Origin: a virus
Lineage: Duplodnaviria; Heunggongvirae; Uroviricota; Caudoviricetes
Length of the DNA stretch: 38,666 nt
IMG/VR virus record: IMGVR_UViG_2609459854_000001
Coordinates: 1-38,666 of that record
Direction: 5' to 3' (one strand)
The position numbers and the translations under genes were made by a program. Positions 8,456-17,723 of this stretch are shown piece by piece. The notes below the pieces were generated by a model, which did no database searches, was not told the DNA's origin, and saw only the letters and a list, made by a program, of their open reading frames with translations. Position 1 is the first letter of the stretch, and the number at the start of each line of letters is the position of its first letter.

Positions 8456-9253
8456 ATGAATAATCTGATGGTCATTGATGGTATTGAAGTTCGTCGTGAT
8501 GCTTATGGTCGTTACAGCCTGAACGATCTGCACAGGGCTGCTGGTTCTCTGGATAAGCATAAGCCTGCATTCTGGCTCCGCAATGAGCAAACTGAACGTT
8601 TAATAAGCGAGTTGCAGATTTGCAACTCGGCCAATATAGAGCCAGTTAACGTTATTCGTGGCGGAAATAACCAGGGGACGTATGTCTGCAAAGAACTAGT
8701 GTATGCCTATGCAATGTGGATCAGCCCGTCATTCCATCTGAAGGTGATCCGTACTTTCGATATGGTAACCAGCGCACCGGAAAAATTATCCGGGCAGGCT
8801 GCTGACAAGATGCAGGCTGGTGTGATTCTGCTGGACTTTATGCGCCGGGAATTAAACCTGTCTAACTCATCAGTGCTTGGAGCCTGTCAGAAACTTCAGG
8901 AGGCTGTTGGCTTACCGAATCTGGCACCGCGCTATGCCATTGATGCTCCTGCTGATGCACTCGATGGCTCAAGCCGTCCTACGCTGTCACTGAGTGCACT
9001 GCTGAAGCAGTATGGTATCCGCCTGACGGCTAATCAGGCATATCACCAGATGGTGAAGCTGGGGATCGTTGAACAACGCGAACGATACAGCCGTACCGCG
9101 ATTAACAACATCAAAAAATTCTGGTCGCTGACAGCGAAAGGCTGCATGTTCGGCAAGAACATCACCAGTCCCGCAAATCCGCGCGAGACGCAGCCGCATT
9201 TCTTCGAATCCCGATTCCCTGAGCTGTTAAAGCTGCTCGATACCGTTCATTGA
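8456..9253 (+). CDS. KilA-N domain protein (antirepressor-like)
   Basis: 265 aa; N-terminus ...YSLNDLHRAAG...PAFWLRNEQTERLI... resembles the KilA-N DNA-binding domain. Confidence 0.55.
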   Translation: MNNLMVIDGIEVRRDAYGRYSLNDLHRAAGSLDKHKPAFWLRNEQTERLISELQICNSANIEPVNVIRGGNNQGTYVCKELVYAYAMWISPSFHLKVIRTFDMVTSAPEKLSGQAADKMQAGVILLDFMRRELNLSNSSVLGACQKLQEAVGLPNLAPRYAIDAPADALDGSSRPTLSLSALLKQYGIRLTANQAYHQMVKLGIVEQRERYSRTAINNIKKFWSLTAKGCMFGKNITSPANPRETQPHFFESRFPELLKLLDTVH

Positions 9254-9254
9254 G

Positions 9255-10250
9255 GTGACCGTGAGAGCACTACTGACCCCTGAAATTGCCCCGCGTATGG
9301 GGATCGTATTGTTCAGGCCCGGTTCAGAGCTGATGCCCCTGTTTATGCAGGGGCGTGTCCTGCTGGAGCCTGAGCCGGAGCGTTATTCATCTTTCGCCAG
9401 TGGTGCCGTTCCCGCGGCATCACAACCGCTGGCGGATGATCCTGCCGTTCGGGCCGTGTTCCGCAATGAGGCAGTGATCCGTCGTGCTGGTGGCGTGGAA
9501 TGTCTTGAAAGCTGGTTACTTCGTGAAAAGGGCTGTCAGTGGCCTCATTCCGACTGGCACAGCGAGAACATGACCACAATGCGACACGCTCCGGGCGCAA
9601 TCCGTCTGTGTTGGCACTGCGATAACCAGCTGCGCGATCAGTTCACGGAACGGCTGGAATCAATGGCAACGGATAACTGTGCCCGCTGGGTGTTGTCTGT
9701 TGTGCGCCGTGATCTCGGTTTTGATGATAGTCACGTTGTGACAATGCCGGAACTGTGCTGGTGGCTGGTTCGTAATGACCTGGCGGATGCCTTACCGGAA
9801 AGTGCAGCCCGTAAGGCACTGAGATTACCGAAGCCTATTGTGCCGTCTGTCACCCGGGAAAGTGACCTTGTTCCTTCGGTTCCTGCCACCAGCATCATCC
9901 AGGATAAAGCGAAAAAGGTGCTGTCGCTGGAAGTGGATCCGGAGTCGCCGGAGTCTTTTATGTTACGCCCCAAACGTCGCCGTTGGGTTAATGAAAAGTA
10001 CACGCGCTGGGTTAAGACACAGCCGTGTGCATGTTGTGGAAAGCTTGCTGATGATCCCCACCACCTGATAGGCCACGGTCAGGGGGGAATGGGTACAAAA
10101 GCGCATGACCTCTTTGTGTTGCCTTTGTGCAGAAAGCATCACGACGATCTGCATGCGGATACCGTGGCATTTGAAGAAAAGTATGGCTCCCAGTTGGAGC
10201 TGATATTTCGTTTTATCGATCGTGCGCTGGCAATTGGCGTGCTGGCGTAA
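9255..10250 (+). CDS. DUF968-like phage protein with a C-terminal His/Cys-rich nuclease-like motif
   Basis: 331 aa; C-terminal ...CACCGK...HHLIGHGQGG...KAHD...CRKHHDDLH; GTG start assumed, so the start is uncertain. Confidence 0.5.
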   Translation: MTVRALLTPEIAPRMGIVLFRPGSELMPLFMQGRVLLEPEPERYSSFASGAVPAASQPLADDPAVRAVFRNEAVIRRAGGVECLESWLLREKGCQWPHSDWHSENMTTMRHAPGAIRLCWHCDNQLRDQFTERLESMATDNCARWVLSVVRRDLGFDDSHVVTMPELCWWLVRNDLADALPESAARKALRLPKPIVPSVTRESDLVPSVPATSIIQDKAKKVLSLEVDPESPESFMLRPKRRRWVNEKYTRWVKTQPCACCGKLADDPHHLIGHGQGGMGTKAHDLFVLPLCRKHHDDLHADTVAFEEKYGSQLELIFRFIDRALAIGVLA

Positions 10251-10263
10251 GTGGAGAACGAGC

Positions 10264-11016
10264 ATGAACCTTGAAGCCTTACCAAAATATTACTCCCCAA
10301 AATCTCCAAAATTGAGCGATGACGCACCGGCGACAGGCTCAGGTGGTTTAACGATTACGGATGTGATGGCTGCGCAGGGGATGGTGCAGTCGAAAGCACC
10401 GCTTGGGTTTGCCTTATTCCTGGCAAAAGTTGGTGTTCAGGATCCTCAGTTTGCGATTGAAGGTCTGCTCAATTACGCGATGGCACTGGATAACCCGACA
10501 TTGAACAAATTGAGTGAAGAAACCCGGTTACAGATCATCCCTTACCTTGTGAATTTTGCCTTTGCTGATTATTCCAGGTCTGCGGCAAGTAAGGCTCGCT
10601 GTGAGCATTGTGCTGGTACTGGATTTCATAATGTATTGCGCGAAGTGGTGAAACACTCCAGAAGCGGGGAATCTGTTATCAAGGAAGAGTGGGTGAAGGA
10701 ACTATGTCAGCATTGCCATGGTAAGGGAGAAGTCAGCACCGCGTGCAGAGGGTGTAAGGGTAAAGGTATTGTCCTGGATGAAAAAAGAACCCGGCTTCAT
10801 GGCACGCCTGTTTATAAGATTTGTGGGCGTTGCAGTGGAAACCGGTTTAGCCGTTTACCAACCACACTGGCGCGGCTTCATGTCCAGAAGCTGGTACCAG
10901 ACCTGACGGATTATCAGTGGTACAAAGGATATGCAGATGTCATTGATAAACTGGTTACAAAGTGCTGGCAGGAGGAAGCTTACGCTGAAGCACAATTGAG
11001 AAGGGTGACGAGATAA
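10264..11016 (+). CDS. late-gene antiterminator (Q-like), putative
   Basis: Last early gene before a hairpin terminator and the lysis cassette; four CxxCxGxG Zn-binding repeats; assignment rests mainly on position. Confidence 0.5.
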   Translation: MNLEALPKYYSPKSPKLSDDAPATGSGGLTITDVMAAQGMVQSKAPLGFALFLAKVGVQDPQFAIEGLLNYAMALDNPTLNKLSEETRLQIIPYLVNFAFADYSRSAASKARCEHCAGTGFHNVLREVVKHSRSGESVIKEEWVKELCQHCHGKGEVSTACRGCKGKGIVLDEKRTRLHGTPVYKICGRCSGNRFSRLPTTLARLHVQKLVPDLTDYQWYKGYADVIDKLVTKCWQEEAYAEAQLRRVTR

Positions 11017-11120
11017 GCGATTTTCGCCGAAGATAATGACATAATACTTTTATTTTTCAAAAAATATGGATAAGATTTTCTCAACGATGGGGCTTGTGTA
11101 TCTATCGTTGAAGAATTTTT

Positions 11121-11150
11121 ACGACCTCGCTATTGCGAGGTTTTTTTATG
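11121..11150 (+). terminator. intrinsic terminator downstream of Q (tR-prime-like)
   Basis: GACCTCGC-TATT-GCGAGGT hairpin followed by TTTTTTT. Confidence 0.6.
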
Positions 11151-11159
11151 GTTTTTTTC

Positions 11160-11195
11160 TATTCAATCTACATCAAAATCAATGTGTTATAATGT
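11160..11195 (+). promoter_or_regulatory. putative promoter with extended -10 (TGTTATAAT) for the moron genes
   Basis: TGnTATAAT element about 40 nt upstream of the ATG at 11231; weak -35; not verified. Confidence 0.3.
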
Positions 11196-11230
11196 TTTCT
11201 GTAAAACAACATTAAAAACAGGAGAACATT

Positions 11231-11500
11231 ATGAAACTGACCTCTATCCATCTTGAAATACTACGTCGAGTGAATGAATTGCAGCCAAAGGATTCTAGAA
11301 TTCAGGCTGCATCATTACCTCATCTCTCAGCAAAAGAGGTTAACTTTGCTATTTCAGATCTTGCTGATATAGGTTTTATCGATGTTATACGAAGCAAATC
11401 TGCCGAAGGTGGATTGATTGCTAATGAGATAACGTCAAAAGGTTTTGCTTTTTTGAGTGAGATTGGCGCTGAAAAAAATTCATCGATGAGCACTCATTGA
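11231..11500 (+). CDS. small hypothetical protein (89 aa), moron gene 1
   Basis: AT-rich ORF with AGGAGA RBS, between the Q terminator and the lysis cassette; possible small winged-helix fold, no firm motif. Confidence 0.5.
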   Translation: MKLTSIHLEILRRVNELQPKDSRIQAASLPHLSAKEVNFAISDLADIGFIDVIRSKSAEGGLIANEITSKGFAFLSEIGAEKNSSMSTH

Positions 11501-11514
11501 TTTCTGCTTCAATC

Positions 11515-11532
11515 GGCTGCCAATTGGCAGCC
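11515..11532. promoter_or_regulatory. perfect 18-bp palindrome ggctgccaattggcagcc between the two moron genes
   Basis: 7-bp arms around AATT; could be a protein-binding site or a terminator-less hairpin. Confidence 0.3.
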
Positions 11533-11697
11533 TAAACTGTAAAGTGAATTTAAAATCGCCTACAATTGATGCTTAAATTTTGTTCTGTATCATCTGCAGG
11601 TTTAGGGATATCACAGTAGCTTTCTGACAAGAAGAGTTCTTTTCTTCTACCAATGAAGTGGTTATGTTAACCTGCGCTAAATCGAGACTGGTGCGGA

Positions 11698-12504
11698 GTG
11701 GAATCGAAAGTGTCATATTTTTACAGAAGCAAGAATATTTCAGGTGTTTCTATAAATGAAGATAGCTTGATTAGCTTAAGCACGGCAATTGTCGAACGCT
11801 GCGTTAAAATGAATGAGCAAGCTCAAAAGGAAAGTAGGGAAGTTTGTGCTCAATGTGTTTTTTTTATTTTGTTCGATGGTAAGGGGTATAAAGTTGATTC
11901 TATCGGTGAGCTTGTGAAATACTTTAGACAGGCCACTAGGATTGATCAAATAATTTTTACTATTGAAACTTATCAAAGTCGACAGTCTAACAGGATGAAT
12001 GGATCTTGGATGGAGCTACGAATTGATGAGAGGAATTCAAATAGCAGCACAATGATTGTAGCATCGGAAGATAATGAGTGGGTTGACTCGTTATGGATTA
12101 CGATTCAGGATTTACTTAACAAGTGCAAAAATAAATTTAGATTTTTTAGAACAGCTTGGACTATGTTAAGTATCCAGATTTCAGGTGTGACAGTTGGCTT
12201 TTTGCTTAGCTTATGGACAGCCTCAAAACTGGCGCCAAAACTATCAATCGATGGTGCATTTGCTTTATCATTTATTTGTATCTTTATTTTGTTTTCGAAC
12301 TTATGGAGCTTTGCTATTCCATTAATAATTAAGCTTATCGACTTTTTGTTTCCTAGTGTTAAGTTTGTTATTAATGGTAAAAATTACTTTCACTGGAGTG
12401 TCCAGGCTATAATTGGAGCGATTGCCAGTGCGGTTATATTGTATTTTATTAGCTCCATGTTGCTTTTTGCATTAGAAATGTTAAATAGCATCATTAAGAA
12501 ATAG
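11698..12504 (+). CDS. hypothetical membrane protein (268 aa; soluble N-terminal domain plus about 3 C-terminal TM helices), moron gene 2
   Basis: AT-rich ORF; hydrophobic segments near residues 160-180, 195-225 and 235-260; start uncertain (track start is GTG; first in-frame ATG at 11809). Confidence 0.5.
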   Translation: MESKVSYFYRSKNISGVSINEDSLISLSTAIVERCVKMNEQAQKESREVCAQCVFFILFDGKGYKVDSIGELVKYFRQATRIDQIIFTIETYQSRQSNRMNGSWMELRIDERNSNSSTMIVASEDNEWVDSLWITIQDLLNKCKNKFRFFRTAWTMLSIQISGVTVGFLLSLWTASKLAPKLSIDGAFALSFICIFILFSNLWSFAIPLIIKLIDFLFPSVKFVINGKNYFHWSVQAIIGAIASAVILYFISSMLLFALEMLNSIIKK

Positions 12505-12537
12505 TTAATGAATTAGTTATAATTACATCAATTCTAT

Positions 12538-12561
12538 GGCTGCCAAATGGTGGCCTTTTTT
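12538..12561 (+). terminator. intrinsic terminator after the moron membrane-protein gene
   Basis: GGCTGCC-AAAT-GGTGGCC hairpin (two G-U pairs) followed by TTTTTT; its stem resembles the palindrome at 11515-11532. Confidence 0.45.
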
Positions 12562-12612
12562 ATTCCTCTCATTTCTATTTCTGAGAGGACTCACTGCAAT
12601 AAGAGGTGGCTA

Positions 12613-12999
12613 ATGTCCGATCCGATTTCCGGCACAGGGTTAGCTGGTGGAGCCCTAACGGGCGCTAGTATTTATGGACTGCTGACCGGAACTGATTACG
12701 GCGTTGTATTTGGCGCATTTGCAGGGGCTTTATTCTACATAGCAACAGCAGCAGATCTGAGTGCATCGCGCCGACTAGCATATTTTATCGTGTCATATAT
12801 TGCCGGGATCCTTTGCTCTGGGTTGGTTGGCTCCAAGCTGGCGAACTTGACCGGATACAGTGATAAACCTCTGGATGCTATTGGTGCCGTAATCGTCTCT
12901 GCTTTAGCCGTTAAAATCCTGACGTTCCTGAATAATCAGGATATCGGCTCGCTGGTGGCGCTCATAACGCGCCGGGGAGGTTCAGGTGGAGCTAAATGA
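12613..12999 (+). CDS. holin
   Basis: ATG at 12613 with AGAGGTGG RBS; small protein with two or three TM segments and a charged C-terminus, immediately upstream of the endolysin. Confidence 0.6.
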   Translation: MSDPISGTGLAGGALTGASIYGLLTGTDYGVVFGAFAGALFYIATAADLSASRRLAYFIVSYIAGILCSGLVGSKLANLTGYSDKPLDAIGAVIVSALAVKILTFLNNQDIGSLVALITRRGGSGGAK

Positions 13000-13267
13000 C
13001 CCGACAGCAACTATAAATGCGCTGTTATGTGCTTGTGTTGTTATTACTCTGATGTTTTATCGTCGTGGCGACTCCAGACATCGACCGTGGATATCTCGCT
13101 TAGCGTGGCTGCTTACGGTCATTTATAGCGCCGTACCGCTGGCGTATCTGTGCGGTATCTACCCTTATTCATCGTGGGCCACTATCGTGGCCAACATTAT
13201 TTTCCTGTCCGTGCTGGTCGCCGTCAGAGGCAATGTGGCACGTCTGGTTGACCATCTGAGGCACTAA
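12986..13267 (+). CDS. second small membrane protein of the lysis cassette (holin/antiholin-like)
   Basis: 93 aa with two or three hydrophobic helices; GTG start with GGAGG RBS; overlaps the holin stop and the endolysin start. Confidence 0.5.
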   Translation: MELNDPTATINALLCACVVITLMFYRRGDSRHRPWISRLAWLLTVIYSAVPLAYLCGIYPYSSWATIVANIIFLSVLVAVRGNVARLVDHLRH

Positions 13268-13881
13268 TGAACCAATCACAATTTCAGCAGGCGGCTGGTA
13301 TCAGCGCCGATGTTTCTGCACGCTGGTTTCCGCACATTGATGCGGCAATGAAAGAGTTTGGTATTACAGCAGTTAATGATCAGGCCATGTTCATTGCACA
13401 AGTCGGGCATGAGTCTGCAGGATTTACTTCGCTGGCAGAGAGTTTTAACTACTCGGTTGAAGGGCTGAAGAAAACCTTTGGTAAGCGTCTGACGCCGTAC
13501 CAGTGCGAAATGCTGGGGCGTGTCGATGGTAAACAGGTCGCTCACCAGCCGCAAATAGCCAATCTGGTTTACGGTGACCGCATGGGGAATAACAGCCAGG
13601 GTGACGGCTGGAAATATCGCGGTCGTGGCCTGCTTCAAATTACTGGCCGTGAGAACTACACCAAATGTGGTGCGGCGCTGAAACTTGACCTTGTCAGTAC
13701 ACCAGAATTGCTAACGCAGGAGCGACATGCGGCCCGTTCGGCGGCGTGGTACTTCACGTTACGCGGTTGCTTGATGTATTCGGGTGACGTGGAACGTGTA
13801 ACGCAGATTATTAACGGCGGACAGAATGGCATTAAAGACCGCCGTGAACGTTACGCCAAAGCAAAAGCCGCACTGGTATGA
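13267..13881 (+). CDS. endolysin, glycoside hydrolase family 19 (chitinase-like lysozyme)
   Basis: 204 aa; motifs ...AQVGHESAGF...NLVYGDRMGN...GWKYRGRGLLQITGRENY... are typical of GH19 phage endolysins. Confidence 0.85.
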   Translation: MNQSQFQQAAGISADVSARWFPHIDAAMKEFGITAVNDQAMFIAQVGHESAGFTSLAESFNYSVEGLKKTFGKRLTPYQCEMLGRVDGKQVAHQPQIANLVYGDRMGNNSQGDGWKYRGRGLLQITGRENYTKCGAALKLDLVSTPELLTQERHAARSAAWYFTLRGCLMYSGDVERVTQIINGGQNGIKDRRERYAKAKAALV

Positions 13882-13888
13882 GGTCACT

Positions 13889-14158
13889 ATGGGACTTGAA
13901 ATGATTATCGGCCTGGTTGTTGCTGTGCTGGCTGCAATTGCAGGTGCTTTTGGTCTGGGTAAATCACGCGGTACAAGTATCGCAGAAACAAAAGCGGACC
14001 AGCAACGCACTGAAGAACGTGCAGCTGCTACTGAAGCCGTTGCAGAACGTAGGGTAGAGACAACAAAAGGAGCCTGGGATGTACAGCAGACTGTTAATCA
14101 TCTACCTGATGACGATGTTGACCGTGAGTTGCGCGAAAACTTTACCCGCAAAACCTGA
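13889..14158 (+). CDS. i-spanin (Rz-like)
   Basis: ATG at 13889; N-terminal TM helix then charged/coiled region; contains an embedded +1-frame lipoprotein gene. Confidence 0.6.
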   Translation: MGLEMIIGLVVAVLAAIAGAFGLGKSRGTSIAETKADQQRTEERAAATEAVAERRVETTKGAWDVQQTVNHLPDDDVDRELRENFTRKT

Positions 14159-14297
14159 AGTAACGGACACGGCCTGTGACTGGGTAAGAATCATCTACCT
14201 CACAGGTCAGGACATTGAAGTGCTGGATAAGCTTACGAAGCGGGATATTCTGGCACATAACAAAGCAGTACAGCGCAACTGTATTAGCCAGTTATGA
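14079..14297 (+). CDS. o-spanin (Rz1-like outer-membrane lipoprotein), embedded in Rz
   Basis: 72 aa; signal peptide with lipobox ...LTVSC; lies entirely within and past the Rz frame, the classic Rz/Rz1 arrangement. Confidence 0.65.
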   Translation: MYSRLLIIYLMTMLTVSCAKTLPAKPEVTDTACDWVRIIYLTGQDIEVLDKLTKRDILAHNKAVQRNCISQL

Positions 14298-14307
14298 GGC
14301 AAACGAG

Positions 14308-14332
14308 ATTGCGGGCAATTATCGCCCGCAAT
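14308..14332. terminator. hairpin between convergent Rz1 and the reverse-strand moron gene
   Basis: attgcgggc-aattatc-gcccgcaat, 9-bp stem; no strong U-tract on either strand. Confidence 0.35.
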
Positions 14333-14339
14333 AAAGTTA

Positions 14340-14729
14340 TCAATTATCTCCTTTAAAGGAGTCGTATTCACCCCAATCAGCAAACCCAATCGGTCTTTTA
14401 GGGGTCTCTAAGCATAAGCGTTTTTTTCGGATTAGCAGGACATTTATTTGAGATACATGCTGAACAAGTTCTACAGGACTGCCATCCTCCAGAGTACCAA
14501 TGAAAGAAATTAATGATGGATTCCAGTAGCTTATGTCTGTGAAATGAAATTCAATGTTTTTACCAAAGCTAGCTAGTTGTCCTCCTACCTCATACTCTTC
14601 TTCAAGTTCACGGTGAAAATCATTTATCCAGCATATAAGGCGTCTATGAAATTCATTTGCAAGATTGTAGTCCTTTGGAACATATGGCTGTGAGTATTTG
14701 AGGAAATCATTCATGTAGTTATTTGTCAT
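14340..14729 (-). CDS. hypothetical protein (about 129 aa), reverse-oriented moron downstream of the lysis cassette
   Basis: AT-rich ORF convergent with Rz1; start set at the ATG preceded by AAGGA (track ORF extends to 14756); no signal peptide, no recognisable motif. Confidence 0.45.
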   Translation of the reverse strand: MTNNYMNDFLKYSQPYVPKDYNLANEFHRRLICWINDFHRELEEEYEVGGQLASFGKNIEFHFTDISYWNPSLISFIGTLEDGSPVELVQHVSQINVLLIRKKRLCLETPKRPIGFADWGEYDSFKGDN

Positions 14730-14827
14730 CAGGGCGTCCTTTACGAGCATAACCATTGTTACTTAACGGATTGAAACGCTATTAAATAACATGGTTTCTA
14801 TCATAATTTCTATCCGGAGTTTTCCAT

Positions 14828-15178
14828 ATGCCGCCACGAATCCCAAAAGCCTGCCGTGTTCGCGGCTGCCGTTCTACCACTACAGATCCGTCAGGCTACT
14901 GCGAAAATCATAAAGGTGAGGGCTGGAAATCCTACAAGCCAGGTCAATCACGGCAGCAGCGCGGATATGGAACAAAGTGGGAAGTCATCCGGGAGCGGAT
15001 ACTAAAGCGCGACAAAGGGTTATGTCAGAACCATCTTCGGCAGGGAGTTGTGAAGCAAGCGTCCTGCGTGGACCACCTCAAGGCGAAGGCTCACGGCGGC
15101 ACTGATGAAGACAGCAACCTTGAGAGTCTGTGCTGGTCGTGTCACGCAGTGAAGACCGCGCGTGAGCGGTTCAGGTGA
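14828..15178 (+). CDS. HNH endonuclease (terminase-associated)
   Basis: 116 aa; Cys/His-rich with ...CQNH...VDHLKAKAHGGTDEDSNLESLCWSCHAVK...; immediately upstream of the small terminase. Confidence 0.85.
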   Translation: MPPRIPKACRVRGCRSTTTDPSGYCENHKGEGWKSYKPGQSRQQRGYGTKWEVIRERILKRDKGLCQNHLRQGVVKQASCVDHLKAKAHGGTDEDSNLESLCWSCHAVKTARERFR

Positions 15179-15304
15179 GAATTGATGTCATCATCAGCCA
15201 GGGGAGGGGGAGGTCGAATCTTTGCAACCGCGCGCCTTCCGGACTGCCCGCCCCATCGTTTTTTTATACCCGCGAAAAATGAAATTTAACCAGGAGTGCC
15301 GCAT

Positions 15305-15799
15305 ATGGCTGGAACGGCGGGGCGTTCCGGGCGTCGCCCCAAGCCAACGGCGCGCAAGGCGCTGGCCGGAAACCCCGGCAAGCGAGCCCTGAATAAAGAT
15401 GAACCTGTTTTTACGCCCATCAAAGGTGTTGAGCCACCGGAGTGGTTCGCTGAAGAAGAGCTCCCTCTCGCCACGATCATGTGGCAACTGACAACCAAAG
15501 AACTCTGCGGTCAGGGCCTGCTGTGCGTGACTGACCTCGCAGTGCTTGAGCGGTGGTGCGTGGCCTATGAGTTCTGGCGACGTGCTGTGAAAAATATTGC
15601 CAGACAGGGCAACACCATCACCGGTGCAATGGGCGGCATGGTCAAAAATCCGGAGCTGACCGCCAAAAAAGAACAGGAGTCCGAGATGAGCAGTACGGGG
15701 GCAATGCTCGGACTCGACCCCAGCAGCCGCCAGCGTCTGATTGGCCTGGCGGGGCAGAAGAAAGCCACTAACCCGTTTCTGAAAATTATCGAATCATGA
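15305..15799 (+). CDS. terminase small subunit
   Basis: ATG at 15305 with CAGGAG RBS; basic N-terminus; directly upstream of and overlapping the large terminase. Confidence 0.7.
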   Translation: MAGTAGRSGRRPKPTARKALAGNPGKRALNKDEPVFTPIKGVEPPEWFAEEELPLATIMWQLTTKELCGQGLLCVTDLAVLERWCVAYEFWRRAVKNIARQGNTITGAMGGMVKNPELTAKKEQESEMSSTGAMLGLDPSSRQRLIGLAGQKKATNPFLKIIES

Positions 15800-17529
15800 G
15801 CCGGAAATCTTACCCCAACGTAAATGCTGCAAATCAGTATGCCCGGGATGTCGTGCGCGGAAAGATTGTTGCCTGCCAGTTTGTGATTCAGGCCTGCCAG
15901 CGCCATCTTGATGACCTGATGGCGGAAAAAAGTAAGTCGTTTCGTTACCGCTTCGACAAGGACCTGGCTGAACGGGCCGCCAAATTTATTCAGCTGTTGC
16001 CGCACACCAAGGGTGAGTGGGCATTCAAGAGGATGCCCATCACGCTGGAGCCGTGGCAGCTCTTTGTGATCTGCTGTGCGTTTGGCTGGGTCAATAAAGG
16101 GTCCCGGCTGCGCCGCTTCCGGGAGGTGTATACCGAAATCCCCCGTAAGAACGGCAAATCGGCAATCTCTGCCGGTGTCGCCCTGTATTGTTTTGCCTGT
16201 GATAACGAGTTTGGCGCGGAAGTGTATTCCGGTGCCACGACAGAGAAACAGGCGTGGGAAGTCTTTCGTCCGGCGCGACTGATGTGTAAACGCACACCCA
16301 TGCTTACGGAAGCGTTCGGGATTGAGGTTAACGCCTCAAACATGAATCGTCCGGAGGATGGCGCGCGGTTTGAACCGCTGATCGGTAACCCCGGTGATGG
16401 ATCATCACCCCACTGTGCGGTGGTGGATGAATATCACGAGCACGCCACCGATGCGCTTTACACCACGATGCTTACCGGGATGGGGGCGCGACGTCAGCCA
16501 CTGATGTGGGCCATTACTACTGCCGGGTACAACATTGAGGGGCCGTGCTACGACAAGCGGCGGGAAGTTATCGAGATGCTCAACGGCTCGGTACCCAACG
16601 ATGAACTGTTCGGGATCATCTATACCGTTGACGAAGGTGACGAATGGACCGACCCGCAGGTGCTGGAAAAAGCCAATCCAAATATTGGGGTGTCGGTTTA
16701 CCGTGAGTTTTTGTTAAGTCAGCAACAGCGTGCGAAAAATAACGCCCGTCTGGCAAACGTCTTTAAAACAAAACACCTCAATATCTGGGTGTCGGCGCGT
16801 TCGGCGTATTTCAACCTGGTGAGCTGGCAGAGCTGCGAGGATAAATCACTTACCCTTGAGCAGTTCGAGGGGCAGCCGTGCATTCTGGCCTTTGACCTGG
16901 CGCGTAAGCTGGATATGAACAGCATGGCGCGACTTTATACCCGCGAGATTGACGGTAAAACGCATTACTACAGTGTGGCCCCGCGTTTCTGGGTACCGTA
17001 TGACACGGTGTACAGCGTCGAGAAAAATGAAGATCGCCGGACCGCCGAACGCTTTCAGAAATGGGTGGAAATGGGCGTCCTGACCGTTACCGATGGTGCA
17101 GAGGTGGATTATCGCTACATCCTCGAAGAGGCCAAAGCGGCGAACAAAATCAGCCCGGTCAGCGAGTCACCCATCGACCCCTTCGGGGCGACCGGGCTCT
17201 CACATGACCTTGCTGATGAAGACCTGAATCCCGTCACTATCGTCCAGAACTTCACCAATATGTCCGATCCGATGAAAGAGCTGGAAGCAGCGATTGAATC
17301 GGGACGTTTTCATCATGACGGCAATCCCATCATGACCTGGTGTATCGGCAACGTGGTCGGCAAAAACATGCCGGGTAACGATGATGTGGTGAAACCCGTC
17401 AAAGAGCAGGCGGAAAACAAAATTGACGGTGCAGTTGCGCTGATTATGGCGGTTGGCAGAGCCATGCTGTACGAGAAAGAAGACACGCTGTCTGACCACA
17501 TTGAGTCCTACGGGATCCGCTCGCTTTAA
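15796..17529 (+). CDS. terminase large subunit (HK97-like)
   Basis: 577 aa; N-terminal ATPase and C-terminal nuclease arrangement with conserved acidic motifs; position before the portal. Confidence 0.9.
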
Positions 17530-17540
17530 CTGAGGTAATT

Positions 17541-17723
17541 ATGATCATGCTGATTCTCGCGCCTCTGGTGGGCGTGCTGGGTGCGCTTTTGCTGGCATAT
17601 GGTGCCTGGCTGATTTATCCCCCGGCGGGTTTTGTTGTTGCCGGGGCGCTGTGCCTGTTCTGGTCGTGGCTGGTGGCGCGATATCTCGACCGTACACAGT
17701 CGTCTGTCGGCGGAGGTAAATAG
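17541..17723 (+). CDS. small hydrophobic ORF (60 aa) between terminase and portal
   Basis: Two predicted TM helices; may be a real small membrane protein or a gap-filling ORF. Confidence 0.3.

Noticed and set aside
15194-15487. 97-aa minus-strand ORF across the HNH-terminase gap
   Set aside because: Overlaps the small terminase start antisense and the putative cos region; no RBS; the plus-strand terminase gene has far better context.
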